A DNA stretch of 64,000 nt from Vicinamibacteria bacterium (lineage in GTDB: Bacteria; Acidobacteriota; Vicinamibacteria; Vicinamibacterales; JAENWD01), in NCBI GenBank assembly GCA_963837165.1, contig CAWIMD010000002.1, forward strand, positions 1,543,029-1,607,028, read 5' to 3'. Every line of letters starts with the position of its first letter. The stretch's first letter is position 1. This document shows, in pieces, positions 1 to 15,426 of this stretch. Under the pieces are notes generated by a model, which ran no database searches, was not told the DNA's origin, and was given only the letters and a program-made list of their open reading frames with translations. A program made the position numbers and the translations under genes.

Positions 1-2448
1 CCGATCGCCCCGCATGAAGTAGAGCTCCCGGCCGTCCGGCGCCCACATCGGACCGATGCCGCCCTCCGATGACAGCCGCTTTCGGCCGCCGCTCGAGTCG
101 ATCGGGCGGATGAAGATCTCGTTCCGCCCGGTCTCATCGGAGACATACGCGAGCCAGCGGCCATCGGGCGAGAACCTGGCCCCCCATTCATCGGCCTCGG
201 TCGTCAGCAGCGGTCGGGCCTGTCGATCGCCGACGAGCGGCAGCAGCCAGAGATCCCGCCGCCGCGAGGGATGGATCTCGACGAAGACCAGGGACCCTCC
301 GTCGGGCGAGAACGACGCGGGATACCGCGGGTACTCGCCGTGCGAGAGCTCTTCGCGCGCTCCGGAGCCGTCCGACGGCTTCCAGAAGATGGTGCCAGTG
401 CGCGTGCCAAACGCGATGCGCGCGCCATCGTGCGTCCACTGCGGAAAGATCTCGTCGAGCGGCTCGGACGTGAGCCGGACCGAGGTGCCGGTCCCGAGGT
501 CCTCGATCCAGACGTCGTCATTGATCGCGAAGATCCTGGTCGCGAGCGCCCGCCCGTCGGGCGAGATGGAGAACTCGCTGTAGTTGCCCCGCGTCCCGAT
601 CGGCTGCACGTGGCCCTGGCGATCGACTCGCACGAACAGGCGACCGCTCGTGATGCCGGTGTCGGGCTCGTAGATCAGCGTGCCGGTGTCCGAAACGGCG
701 TAATCGGCATCGCCGCTCCAGGTCCGGCCCAGGCCGCCGATCACCGGCACGGGCGTGCCGGTCACGGCCAGCGTGGCCAGATCGAAATCGACGGACAGCA
801 GTGCGCCGGCATGCACGTACACGATCCGTCCGGTCGGAACATATCGCGCGTTGCTGCCGCCCCGAATCAGGGTGCGAGGCGTGTCGGCGCCGGCGCTCAG
901 GACGGCGATGTCCTGATCGTCGGCGGTGATGGCGTGGCCGGATGCGAGCGTGAACAGCACGCCCTTGCCGCCGGGGAGCACGTCCGGATCGGCGTACACC
1001 ACCCTGTCGTGCGCCGGATCGGTCTCGAGGAGCGACCGGGGTGTGCCTCCGGTCGAGGGCACGCTCCACAAGCCGCCGTTGTAATCGGGCACGAAGACGA
1101 TGGTCCCGTCCGCGCCCCAGGCGCCTCCGTAGAATCCCGTGCTCGACAGCGTGCAGATCGTGGTCGGCGAGCCGCCGCTGACGGCGACCTTCCGCAGCGC
1201 GCGTCCCGTGCCAAACGCGATCCACGCGCCATCGGGAGAAAAGAACGGGGTCCGGGCGTCATCGGTGCCGTCGATCGGCCTCGCGTCGGCGTCTCCCATC
1301 GAGCGAAAGAACAGCCGGGGACGCCCGTCGGGGTTCGCGACGAAGACAACACTCCTGCCATCCGGAGAGATCGCCACCTGATGATTCGCGTTCAGATAGA
1401 GAGACGACGAGGTGCGTGCGACCGACGTGAGGGTCAGATGGGTGACGGCCGGCGTCTCGCGTGACGTGGACACGCGGACCCACCAGACCGCGCTCGCAAG
1501 GACCGCGCCCCCGAGCAGCGCCAGCACGATTGGCGCGAGGCGCCGGTCGGCACGAGCCCGTGGATCGGGCGCCAGGCCGTCGGGGTACGCCGCGGCGTCG
1601 CTGAGCTCGATGCGCACGTCCGCCGCATCGTGCATGCGCTGTCGCGGCTCCTTCCGCAGGCACCGGCCGAGCAGCCGACGAATCCGTGCCGGCGTCCCAT
1701 CGGGGAGGGCCTGCCAGTCCGGCTCCCCGCGAAGCACGGCGGCCAGGGTATCCGACAGCGTCGCGCCGGCAAACGCCGGTCTGCCCGTCAGCATCTCGTA
1801 GAGCACGCATCCCAGCGCCCAGATGTCGGTGCGCCTGTCCACGGGTGCGCCACGCGCCTGTTCCGGGCTCATGTAGGCCGCGGTCCCGACGATCATCCCC
1901 GGCACGGTAATCCCGGCCGGGCTCGTGATCGTCGGCGAACTCGGCGCCATCGACGAGACGGCCTCGACGTCGAACGCCCTGGCGAGCCCGAAGTCGAGAA
2001 TCTTGACGGTCCCGTCCGTGCGGATCTTGATGTTGGCCGGCTTCAGGTCGCGATGGACGATGCCCGCGTCGTGCGCGGCTTCCAGGCCCTCGGCGACCTG
2101 GCTGGCGATGGCCAGAGTCTCGTCGATCGGGAGCGCGCCGCGTGCCAGCCGCTGCGCCAGGTCCTCGCCCTCGACGTACTCGAGTGCCAGGGCCAGGATG
2201 CCATCCGTCTCTTCGAGCCCGTGGATTGCCGCGACGTTCGGGTGGTTGAGCGACGCGAGCACCTGTGCTTCGCGCCTGAACCGTGCGACCCGCTGGGCAT
2301 CCTGCGCAAAGCCCGCCGGCAGCACCTTGATCGCGGCATCGCGGTTCAACCGCGTGTCGCGCGCGCGATACACCTCGCCCATGCCGCCCGCACCAAGCGA
2401 GCCCGTCACACGGTAGGGACCGAATGTCGTGCCGATCGCGAGGCTCAC
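1..2448 (-). CDS. Ser/Thr protein kinase with C-terminal TolB-like beta-propeller region (C-terminus runs off the window start)
   Basis: Absent from the supplied ORF track because no stop lies in the window. My translation of the minus strand from GTG 2448-2446 gives VSLAIGTTFGPYRVTGSLGAGGMGEVYRARDTRLNRDAAIKVLP (G-loop and AxK), HRDLKPANI, DFGLA and MSPEQ. A hydrophobic segment and many SPDG/FSPDG repeats follow. The frame stays open to base 1 (...GPMWAPDGRELYFMRGDR). Confidence 0.8.
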   Translation of the reverse strand, partial: MSLAIGTTFGPYRVTGSLGAGGMGEVYRARDTRLNRDAAIKVLPAGFAQDAQRVARFRREAQVLASLNHPNVAAIHGLEETDGILALALEYVEGEDLAQRLARGALPIDETLAIASQVAEGLEAAHDAGIVHRDLKPANIKIRTDGTVKILDFGLARAFDVEAVSSMAPSSPTITSPAGITVPGMIVGTAAYMSPEQARGAPVDRRTDIWALGCVLYEMLTGRPAFAGATLSDTLAAVLRGEPDWQALPDGTPARIRRLLGRCLRKEPRQRMHDAADVRIELSDAAAYPDGLAPDPRARADRRLAPIVLALLGGAVLASAVWWVRVSTSRETPAVTHLTLTSVARTSSSLYLNANHQVAISPDGRSVVFVANPDGRPRLFFRSMGDADARPIDGTDDARTPFFSPDGAWIAFGTGRALRKVAVSGGSPTTICTLSSTGFYGGAWGADGTIVFVPDYNGGLWSVPSTGGTPRSLLETDPAHDRVVYADPDVLPGGKGVLFTLASGHAITADDQDIAVLSAGADTPRTLIRGGSNARYVPTGRIVYVHAGALLSVDFDLATLAVTGTPVPVIGGLGRTWSGDADYAVSDTGTLIYEPDTGITSGRLFVRVDRQGHVQPIGTRGNYSEFSISPDGRALATRIFAINDDVWIEDLGTGTSVRLTSEPLDEIFPQWTHDGARIAFGTRTGTIFWKPSDGSGAREELSHGEYPRYPASFSPDGGSLVFVEIHPSRRRDLWLLPLVGDRQARPLLTTEADEWGARFSPDGRWLAYVSDETGRNEIFIRPIDSSGGRKRLSSEGGIGPMWAPDGRELYFMRGDR

Positions 2449-2470
2449 ATGGTCTACGGACTCGTCTGCC

Positions 2471-5074
<2,604 letters not shown>

Positions 5075-5091
5075 CAGGGGGACTGGCGCGC

Positions 5092-5121
5092 ATCCTAGTC
5101 CGCGCGCTGGCGGCAAGTCAA
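5092..5121 (-). promoter_or_regulatory. Sigma70-like promoter TTGACT-18 nt-TAGGAT upstream of the kinase gene starting at 5074
   Basis: The minus strand has TTGACT at 5121-5116 and TAGGAT at 5097-5092. There are 17 nt from the -10 to the ATG. Confidence 0.45.
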
Positions 5122-5131
5122 CGCGCGCTCA

Positions 5132-5172
5132 CCTATCCTCCTATCCTCCTATCCTCCTATTCTCCTATCCTC

Positions 5173-5187
<15 letters not shown>
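5132..5187. repeat. Family A octamer array, CCTATCCT x7 (minus strand reads AGGAGGAT)
   Basis: Read directly. The metH stop TAG (5173-5175) lies inside the array. It is followed downstream (on the minus strand) by the kinase promoter and start. Confidence 0.95.
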
Positions 5188-8910
<3,723 letters not shown>

Positions 8911-9912
8911 TTCAGTCCTTCGTGCCCTTTGTGCCCTTTGTGTTCGTCGTGCCCTTTGTGTCCCTTCGTGTTCTTCGTGTTCTTCGTGTCCTTCGTGTAC
9001 CCCTGACGCGACGATGACGGTGAACGGGTCGCCCGTCAGGCGCGCGCCCACACTGGTCCGCACGGTCGTCAGCCCCGCCTCCTTCATCAGCCGGGCCAGG
9101 TCCGCGACGTCGAAGCCGAGCCACCGGTCGCCGAAGCGCTCGCGGACCCAGGTCTCGTCGTGCGTCCGCAGGTCGAGCACCAGCACACGGCCGCCGGGCC
9201 GCACGATGCGGGTGGCCTCGGCGAGGGCGCGGGCGGGGTCGGCGGCGTGGTGCAGCGCCTGCGACAGCAGCGCCACGTCCACCGAGCCGTCGGGGAGCGG
9301 CAGGCGCTCGAGATCGGCGCGCTTCCAGGTGACGTTGGTCACCTTGCGCCGACGCGCCAGGGCGCGGGCCCGGTCGAGGACCTCGGCCGACCGATCCACC
9401 GCCACGACGCGGCGTGCCCAGCGGGCGGCTTCCACGGTCAGGTACCCCTCGCCGCAACCGAGGTCGGCCACGTCCCACGCCGGCAGCAGGTGCCCGAGCG
9501 CGCGGGCCCAGGCGGCCCAGCTGCGTCCCGGCACGAGCTGACGGCCATCGCCGTGCGTGGCGAAGCTCTCCTTCCGGAGCCGCAGCACCTCCTTGAGCCG
9601 GGCGTGATCGGCGCGGGCGGCCGGGTCCGACGCCGCCGCGGCGAACCCGGCCTCGAGCAGGGGCCAGAGCGCGGCCGGGCCCGTCCGCCGGTCGGGCGGC
9701 GGCACCTGGAACCAGGTGTAGCCCCCCTCGCGCCGCTCCTCGACCAGCCCGCTCTCGCGCAGCAGGCCAAGGTGGCGCGAGACGCCGGACTGCGCGATGC
9801 CCAGGATGCCGGTCAGCTCGGTCACGTTGAGCCGCTCGGCCGCCAGCAGCCGCAGCAGGCGGAGCCGGACCTCGTCGCCGAGCAGCCGGAACAGGGCCGA
9901 CGCGTCCTTCAC
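8911..9912 (-). CDS. ArsR/SmtB-family HTH fused to a class I SAM-dependent methyltransferase; no stop codon of its own, reads in frame through a repeat array into metH
   Basis: GTG 9912 begins [57 protein letters not shown] (ArsR wHTH). [12 protein letters not shown] (SAM motif I) follows. The domain ends around ...[12 protein letters not shown]. The nonamer array is then translated ([29 protein letters not shown]) up to the metH ATG. Confidence 0.8.
8916..8997. repeat. Family D nonamer array, 9 units (minus strand reads CACGAAGGA-type); eight 9-mers plus one 10-mer
   Basis: The plus strand reads TCCTTCGTG CCCTTTGTG CCCTTTGTG TTCGTCGTG CCCTTTGTG TCCCTTCGTG TTCTTCGTG TTCTTCGTG TCCTTCGTG. The array lies between the ArsR-MT domain and the metH ATG. 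Confidence 0.95.
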
Positions 9913-9919
9913 ATCTATA

Positions 9920-9925
9920 AATCTA
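9920..9925 (-). promoter_or_regulatory. -10-like TAGATT 7 nt upstream of GTG 9912 (ArsR-MT); leaderless geometry
   Basis: It sits in an AT-rich island (ATCTATAAATCTA) within GC-rich sequence. Confidence 0.35.
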
Positions 9926-10510
9926 CATGCGTGGATGGATTGTGGTCAAGGGAACCGGAGGGGGATCTGGGGGGCTGGGGATCTGGGGATCTGGGGGGCT
10001 GGGGATCTGGGGATCTGAGGGATCGGGGGATCTGGGGATCTGGGGGGCTGGGGATCTGGGGGGCTGGGGATCTGGGGGGGCTGGGGATCCGGGGGGGCTG
10101 GGGATCTGGGGATCTGATTTTCTCCGGAGACGTACCGTCCGACCTCGGCGCTCTTCGCTCCTGATCAGACCCATTAGTGGCGCGGCAACCTGACGGACCT
10201 GGCGCTCGAGGGCCGCCGTCGTCTCGTCCGACGTGTACCCGAGACGACGAGCGACGTGGACGTAGTAGCCGACCTCCGCGAGAGACGACCACGAGATCCG
10301 CAGAAAATGCACCGTGTCGCGGTGGTGCGATCGCGCAGTTCCTTCAACGATGTTCGCAGGGACTGAGAGCGCTGCCCGGCGCAATTGCGTACCGAGCACG
10401 AAGCGTTCATCCAAGGGAAATACTTCCTTTGCAAGACGATGCAGCCGGATGAAGAGATCGTCGGCACGCTGCCAGGCCACCAGGGAGCGATAGCGGAGTT
10501 GCTTGGGCAT
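9923..10510 (-). CDS. Four-helix-bundle protein (23S rRNA intervening-sequence protein family) with a repeat-encoded C-terminal tail
   Basis: ORF 9923..10540. The likely start is ATG 10510 ([57 protein letters not shown]...SLAEVGYY). This matches my memory of TIGR02436/PF05635. The last ~55 aa (DPQIPSPP...) are translation of the GGGGATCT array. Confidence 0.75.
   Translation of the reverse strand: MPKQLRYRSLVAWQRADDLFIRLHRLAKEVFPLDERFVLGTQLRRAALSVPANIVEGTARSHHRDTVHFLRISWSSLAEVGYYVHVARRLGYTSDETTAALERQVRQVAAPLMGLIRSEERRGRTVRLRRKSDPQIPSPPGSPAPPDPQPPRSPAPQIPRSPDPSDPQIPSPPDPQIPSPPDPPPVPLTTIHPRM
9961..10115. repeat. Family B octamer array, GGGGATCT/GGGGGGCT about 19 units (G-rich on plus strand)
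   Basis: Read directly. It is the inverted partner of the 10548-10664 array. Confidence 0.95.
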
Positions 10511-10547
10511 GCACCGGGGTAGCCGCAACCCTTGTGCCACCCGGCCT

Positions 10548-10664
10548 CCCAGATCCCCAGCCCCCCAGATCCCCAGATCCCCAGATCCCCAGATCCCCAG
10601 ATCCCCAGATCCCCAGATCCCCAGATCCCCAGATCCCCAGATCCCCAGATCCCCAGATCCCCCC
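10548..10664. repeat. Family B octamer array, CCCAGATC about 14 units (G-rich on minus strand)
   Basis: Read directly. It starts at the stop of the 10664..11101 gene and ends 37 nt before the four-helix-bundle start. Confidence 0.95.
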
Positions 10665-11101
10665 TACGTCCTCTCCCAGTCCGGCACCCAGCTCGTGATG
10701 GCGCGCTTGATCTGGTCGCGGGACAGGTGTTCCCGCACCGCGCGATCGACCAGCGCGGGCAGTTCGCCGTCCGAGGCGAAGCGAAGGCCCACGAGCTGCG
10801 GGATCGTCAGCTGGAGGATCTGCGGCTGCTGCGCCGCGGGCAGGACTTCCTTCAGCCGCAGTCGCATCTCGAGCCGGATGATGCGGTTCTGCAGCGCGGT
10901 GATGTAGGTCCGCGACATGCCGCCCAGCACCAGGACGGCCAGGCCCACCAGCAGCACGGCCATCGATCGCGGATCGCGCGTCGTCCACCACTGGTCGAAG
11001 ATCATGACCACGCCCGTGGTCCCGAGCGCGAAGACGAGATAGGTGAGGTACGGATGGTGTGCGTGGCGGCGGTAGGACTGGGCACGCGCCGAAGGGGACA
11101 T
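10664..11101 (-). CDS. Conserved hypothetical membrane protein (two predicted TM helices)
   Basis: ORF 10664..11119. I moved the start to ATG 11101 (MSPSARAQSYRRHAHHPYLTYLVFALGTTGVVMIFDQWW...AVLLVGLAVLVLGG). I am not confident of any family assignment. Confidence 0.6.
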   Translation of the reverse strand: MSPSARAQSYRRHAHHPYLTYLVFALGTTGVVMIFDQWWTTRDPRSMAVLLVGLAVLVLGGMSRTYITALQNRIIRLEMRLRLKEVLPAAQQPQILQLTIPQLVGLRFASDGELPALVDRAVREHLSRDQIKRAITSWVPDWERT

Positions 11102-11109
11102 GTGGTTTC

Positions 11110-11143
11110 CAATCGTCAATCGTCAATCGTCAATCGTCAATGA
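11110..11143. repeat. Family C heptamer array, CAATCGT x4 plus a partial unit (minus strand reads ACGATTG)
   Basis: It lies between the ilvA stop (11152) and the start at 11101. Confidence 0.95.
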
Positions 11144-11151
11144 ATCCCCTG

Positions 11152-12696
11152 CTAGTCGAGGAACAACCGATACGCGTCGTTCTCGAACTCCGCCAGGTAT
11201 GGGTAGCCGAGCCCGTCGAGGAACGCGCGGAAGCCGGCGAGCTGGTCGTCCGGCACCTCGAAGGCGGCGAGCACGCGCCCGAAGTCGGCCCCGTGATTCC
11301 GGTAGTGGAACAGGCTGATGTTCCATCGGCCGCCCAGGGCCTCCAGGAACTGCATGAGCGCGCCCGGGCGCTCGGGGAACTCGAAGCGGCACGGTCGCTC
11401 GTGGCGGGCGTCGCTGGCGCGGCCGCCCACCATGTGGCGGACGTGGAGCTTCGCCATCTCGTTCTCCGACAGGTCGGTGGTCGCGTAGCCCGCGGCGTTG
11501 AGCTCGGCGGCAAGCCGGGTCGCGTCTTCCCGGGACCGGGTCGCCACCCCGACGAAGATGTGCGCCTCACGGCGCCCGCCCAGGCGGTAGTTGAACTCGG
11601 TCACCACGCGGGGACCGAGCCGCGCGCAGAACTCGCGGAACGCGCCGGGCCGCTCGGGGATCGTGACCGCGAAGATGGCCTCCCGCGCCTCGCCGAGCTC
11701 CGCGCGCTCGGCGACGAAGCGGAGGCGGTCGAAGTTCATGTTCGCGCCGCTCAGCACGGCCGCCACGCGGCCGCCGGCCCCGCGGGACGCGGCCCAGGTC
11801 TTCAGGCCGGCCACCGCCAGCGCGCCGGCCGGTTCCATGATGCTGCGCGTGTCGTCGAACACGTCTTTGATCGCGGCGCAGATCTCGTCGTTGGTCACCC
11901 GGACCACCTCGTCCACGGTCTGCTGCGCGAGGGCGAAGGTCAGCGCCCCGACCTCCCGCACCGCGACGCCGTCGGCGAAGATCCCGACCTGGTCGAGCGT
12001 CACGCGGCGCCCCGCGGCCAGCGACCGGTACATCGCGTCGGCCTCGAACGGCTCGACGCCGACAATCCGGATGCCGGGCATGACCGCCTTCAGGTAGCTC
12101 GCGATGCCGGCGATCAGCCCGCCGCCGCCGACCGCGACGAACACCGCGTCGAGGCTGCGGTGACTCTGCCGCAGGATCTCGTCGCCAATGGTGCCCTGCC
12201 CGGCAATCACCAGCGGGTCGTCGAAGGCGTGAATCAGCGCCGCCCCGGTCTCGTGCTGGAGCGCCGCGCACTCGAGACTGGCCTCGGCGTAGCTGTCGCC
12301 GTGGAGCACCACGTGCGCACCCATCGCGCGGACGGCCTCGACCTTGATCTCGGGCGTGGTCTGCGGCATCACGATCGTGGCCGCAATCCCGAGCCGGCGC
12401 GCCGAGTAGGCGACGCCCTGCGCGTGGTTCCCGGCGCTCACCGCGATGATGCCCCGCGCGCGCTCGGTGTCGCTCAGGTGGGCGATCCTGTTGTAGGCGC
12501 CGCGCAGCTTGAAGCTGAACACGGGCTGCAGGTCCTCGCGCTTGAACAGGACCTCGCACCCGAGCCGCGACGACAGCCGCGGCGCCGGGTCGAGCGGCGT
12601 CTCGCGACAGACGTCGTACACCCGGCTGGTCAGGATCAGCCGCAGCATGGAATCGATGCTGGGGGCGGTCGAAGGGAGCGGTTCCTGCGAGGACAT
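11152..12696 (-). CDS. ilvA: Biosynthetic threonine dehydratase (threonine ammonia-lyase)
   Basis: 514 aa. It contains FSFKLRGAYN (PLP-Lys motif) and a PALP fold, then a duplicated C-terminal regulatory domain. The length matches E. coli IlvA. Confidence 0.9.
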   Translation of the reverse strand: MSSQEPLPSTAPSIDSMLRLILTSRVYDVCRETPLDPAPRLSSRLGCEVLFKREDLQPVFSFKLRGAYNRIAHLSDTERARGIIAVSAGNHAQGVAYSARRLGIAATIVMPQTTPEIKVEAVRAMGAHVVLHGDSYAEASLECAALQHETGAALIHAFDDPLVIAGQGTIGDEILRQSHRSLDAVFVAVGGGGLIAGIASYLKAVMPGIRIVGVEPFEADAMYRSLAAGRRVTLDQVGIFADGVAVREVGALTFALAQQTVDEVVRVTNDEICAAIKDVFDDTRSIMEPAGALAVAGLKTWAASRGAGGRVAAVLSGANMNFDRLRFVAERAELGEAREAIFAVTIPERPGAFREFCARLGPRVVTEFNYRLGGRREAHIFVGVATRSREDATRLAAELNAAGYATTDLSENEMAKLHVRHMVGGRASDARHERPCRFEFPERPGALMQFLEALGGRWNISLFHYRNHGADFGRVLAAFEVPDDQLAGFRAFLDGLGYPYLAEFENDAYRLFLD

Positions 12697-12709
12697 CGGG
12701 CCGATGCGG

Positions 12710-12715
12710 ATTATA
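12710..12715 (-). promoter_or_regulatory. -10 consensus TATAAT 13 nt upstream of the ilvA ATG
   Basis: The minus strand reads GGCTATAATCCGCATCGGCCCGATG. Confidence 0.4.
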
Positions 12716-12758
12716 GCCGCCGGCTTCGATGCCCAGGGCTGCGCTTGATGGGCTTACT

Positions 12759-12858
12759 TCCCATCCTCCCATCCTCCCATCCTCCCATCCTCCCATCCTC
12801 CCATCCTCCCATCCTCCCATCCTCCCATCCTCCCATCCTCCCATCCTCCCATCCTCCC
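12759..12858. repeat. Family A octamer array, TCCCATCC x12.5, essentially perfect
   Basis: It lies between divergent ilvA (start 12696) and the HlyD operon (start 12923). Confidence 0.95.
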
Positions 12859-12922
12859 TGTCCGGCCCTTGCCCAAACCAACCAAAAGGGTGTCCAATCC
12901 GTCCAATAGCCGTCCGCCTGAC

Positions 12923-14197
12923 ATGCCAGACCGAGGCCCGTTCCCCGCCGTCGCGCTGCGACCGCACCGGGCGATCTCCGTCGCCCTGCTAGCCATTGGC
13001 ATCGCCCTGTTCACCGGCGCGGCCTGGCTGTGGCTGGCCGGCGACGGCGCGGCGGCCGCGAGCGCCGCCCCGTCAACCACGTCGCTGACCCTCGCGGCGC
13101 GCGATTTCGTCCGCCATGTCCGCCTGACCGGTACCACGGAAGCCACCCGCTCCTACATCGTCACGGCTCCCCTGCTGGCCGGATCCAACGGCGGGTCGGG
13201 GTCGCTCGTCGTGACCAGGCTGGCGGCGGCCGGGTCCACGGTGCATACCGGAGACGTGGTGGTGGAGTTCGATCGCCAGACGCAGGACAAGCTGGCGCTC
13301 GACAAGAAGGCCGAGTACGACGACCTCGTCCAGCAGATCGCGCAGAAGCAGGCCGAGCAGGAGGCCGCGCGGGTGAAGGACGAGAGCGAGCTGGCCCAGG
13401 CCATGGACGCCGAGAAGTCGGCCGATCTCGAGACCCTCAAGAACGAGATGGTCACGCGGATCAAGGCCGAGACCAACGACCAGAACCTGGACGAAGCCCG
13501 TGCAAAGGTGGCCGCCCTCCGCGACGGCTTTCCCCTGAAGCGTGCGGCCGCCGCCGCGGACCTGCGGATCCTCGAGATCAAGCGCGACCGCGCGAAGGCG
13601 ACGATGGAGCATGCGGCCGAGAACGCGCGATCCATGACGATCCGATCGCCAATAGACGGCCTCGTCGTGCCCAAGCTCACCTGGCGCGGCAATGGCCCGG
13701 CCGAGATCCAGGAAGGCGATGAACTCTGGCCGGGCGCGGCGGTGCTGCAGGTGGTCAATCCGGACTCGATGCTGGTCCGCGCCCGGATCAACCAGGCGGA
13801 CGTGCCGGCGCTGCGTGTCGGGATGCCCGTGATCGTCCGACTCGATGCGTACCCCGACCTGACGATGACGGGGCGGCTGGCGCAGATCGCGCCCATCGGG
13901 ATGCCGGGCGCGTTTTCCCCGCGCGTCCGCTCGTTCTCGGCCGTTGTCGCCATCCACGGCAGCAACGCGCGGCTGCTGCCCGACCTGACCGCGGCGCTCG
14001 ACGTGGAGGTCGATCGCGTCGAGCACGTTCTCATCGTCCCGCGGACGGCCGTGCGCCACGAGGGCGGGAGCGCGTTCGTCCGCGTGCGGGACGGGAGCGG
14101 CGTGCGATCGGCAAAGGTCGCCCTCGGCGCATCCGACGAAGTGGACGTGGTCGTGTCGTCCGGCCTGGCGGCCGGGGACGTGGTGGTGCTCCAGTGA
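12923..14197 (+). CDS. HlyD-family periplasmic adaptor (membrane fusion protein), paralog 1 of 3
   Basis: ORF 12869..14197. I placed the start at ATG 12923. It has an N-terminal TM segment, a long charged coiled-coil segment (QQIAQKQAEQEAARVKDESELAQ...) and beta-barrel/lipoyl-like ends. Confidence 0.75.
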   Translation: MPDRGPFPAVALRPHRAISVALLAIGIALFTGAAWLWLAGDGAAAASAAPSTTSLTLAARDFVRHVRLTGTTEATRSYIVTAPLLAGSNGGSGSLVVTRLAAAGSTVHTGDVVVEFDRQTQDKLALDKKAEYDDLVQQIAQKQAEQEAARVKDESELAQAMDAEKSADLETLKNEMVTRIKAETNDQNLDEARAKVAALRDGFPLKRAAAAADLRILEIKRDRAKATMEHAAENARSMTIRSPIDGLVVPKLTWRGNGPAEIQEGDELWPGAAVLQVVNPDSMLVRARINQADVPALRVGMPVIVRLDAYPDLTMTGRLAQIAPIGMPGAFSPRVRSFSAVVAIHGSNARLLPDLTAALDVEVDRVEHVLIVPRTAVRHEGGSAFVRVRDGSGVRSAKVALGASDEVDVVVSSGLAAGDVVVLQ

Positions 14198-15426
14198 CCC
14201 GGCGGCGGATTCTGCTCGGATCGACCGTCGCCGTTCTTGCGCTGGCCGGCGCGTGCTGGCTGGGGCGTCGCGCGTCGGCCGACGTGCCGAGCACCGCGGT
14301 GACCCGGGGGACGTTCGTCGACGCCATCCAGGTGCGCGGGGAGATCAAGGCCGGCAAGTCGGTGACGATCCTCGCGCCGGCCGATGCCGGCGAGCTGCGG
14401 ATCGTGAAGCTGGTCAGGAACGGCGCCACGGTCAAGAAAGGTGACGTCCTGATCGAGTTCGACGGATCGACGGTGCAGCGGACGCTCGAGGAGAAGCAGA
14501 GCGAGCTGCGCGGCTACGAGGCCGAAATCGCGAAGACGCGATCCGAGTCGCACGCCAAGGAAGCGCAGAGCCTCACCGCCGAGACCAGCGCGCGCTACGA
14601 CGTCGAGCAGGCGCGGCTCGACTACTCGGCCAGAGAGATCCTGCCGCGCGTCGACGCCGAGCAGAAGCATCTCCTGGTACTCGACGCCGAGCAGAAGCTG
14701 CTCGAGGCCTCGGCACAGCTGACCAGCGACCGCGTCGCCGGGCAGGCGAAACTGGCCGGCGTCGCGAGCAAGCGCGAAAAGGCGCAGTTCGACCTCGACA
14801 AGGCGAAGCGGCAGCTGGCCGCGCTCCAGGTCGTGGCGCCGAGCGACGGCATCGTCTCGCTGCTGAGGAACTGGCGGTCGGGCAACTGGATGAACCCCCA
14901 GGATTTCAAGGAAGGCGACCGCGTCTGGGCCGCCGCGAGCATTGCCGAGCTGCCCGACATCTCGTCCCTGTTCGGCTCGGCCCGCGTGGACGAGGTCGAG
15001 CGCGGACGGCTCGCCGTGGGCCAGCCGGCGACGATTCGCCTCGAGGCGCTTCCCGACCGCGAGATCAAGGGACACATCGCGAGCATCAGCGCGCTGGCCA
15101 AGTCCGACTTCACGTCCTGGCCGCCTCCGCGCAACTTCGACCTGACCGTCGCCCTCGACGAGGCGGACGACCGCGTACGGCCGGGCATGACCGCGAACAT
15201 CCGTGTCGCGGTCGAGACGCTCACCGGCGTGCTCATCGTTCCGCCGCAGGCCGTGTTCTCCGTGGACGGCGAGGACGTCGTGTACGTCACGGGCCACGGC
15301 GGGCCGGCACGGCGGCGCGTGACCATCGACCGGCGCTCGGCCGACAAGGTCGTCGTGCGAGCCGGCGTCTCGGCGGGAGAGCACGTGGCGCTGAAGGATC
15401 CGATGGCGGCCGGGGTGCGCCGGTGA
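14194..15426 (+). CDS. HlyD-family periplasmic adaptor, paralog 2 of 3
   Basis: Its GTG overlaps the upstream stop (GTGA at 14194-14197). It has a signal/TM segment, a coiled-coil region, and IRLEALPDREIKGHIASIS-type barrel motifs. Confidence 0.75.
   Translation: MTRRRILLGSTVAVLALAGACWLGRRASADVPSTAVTRGTFVDAIQVRGEIKAGKSVTILAPADAGELRIVKLVRNGATVKKGDVLIEFDGSTVQRTLEEKQSELRGYEAEIAKTRSESHAKEAQSLTAETSARYDVEQARLDYSAREILPRVDAEQKHLLVLDAEQKLLEASAQLTSDRVAGQAKLAGVASKREKAQFDLDKAKRQLAALQVVAPSDGIVSLLRNWRSGNWMNPQDFKEGDRVWAAASIAELPDISSLFGSARVDEVERGRLAVGQPATIRLEALPDREIKGHIASISALAKSDFTSWPPPRNFDLTVALDEADDRVRPGMTANIRVAVETLTGVLIVPPQAVFSVDGEDVVYVTGHGGPARRRVTIDRRSADKVVVRAGVSAGEHVALKDPMAAGVRR

Noticed and set aside
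10503-10907. Pro-rich or Gly-rich repeat proteins ([16 protein letters not shown] and ILPSSHPP runs; also 48891..49172, 12729..12992, 9927..10193)
   Set aside because: They are simply translations of the tandem arrays in non-genic frames or strands. They have no start context and lie between or antisense to real genes.
12759-12858. CRISPR array
   Set aside because: The units are 7-9 nt and directly abutting, with no spacers. No cas genes are present in the window. The same holds for all other arrays.
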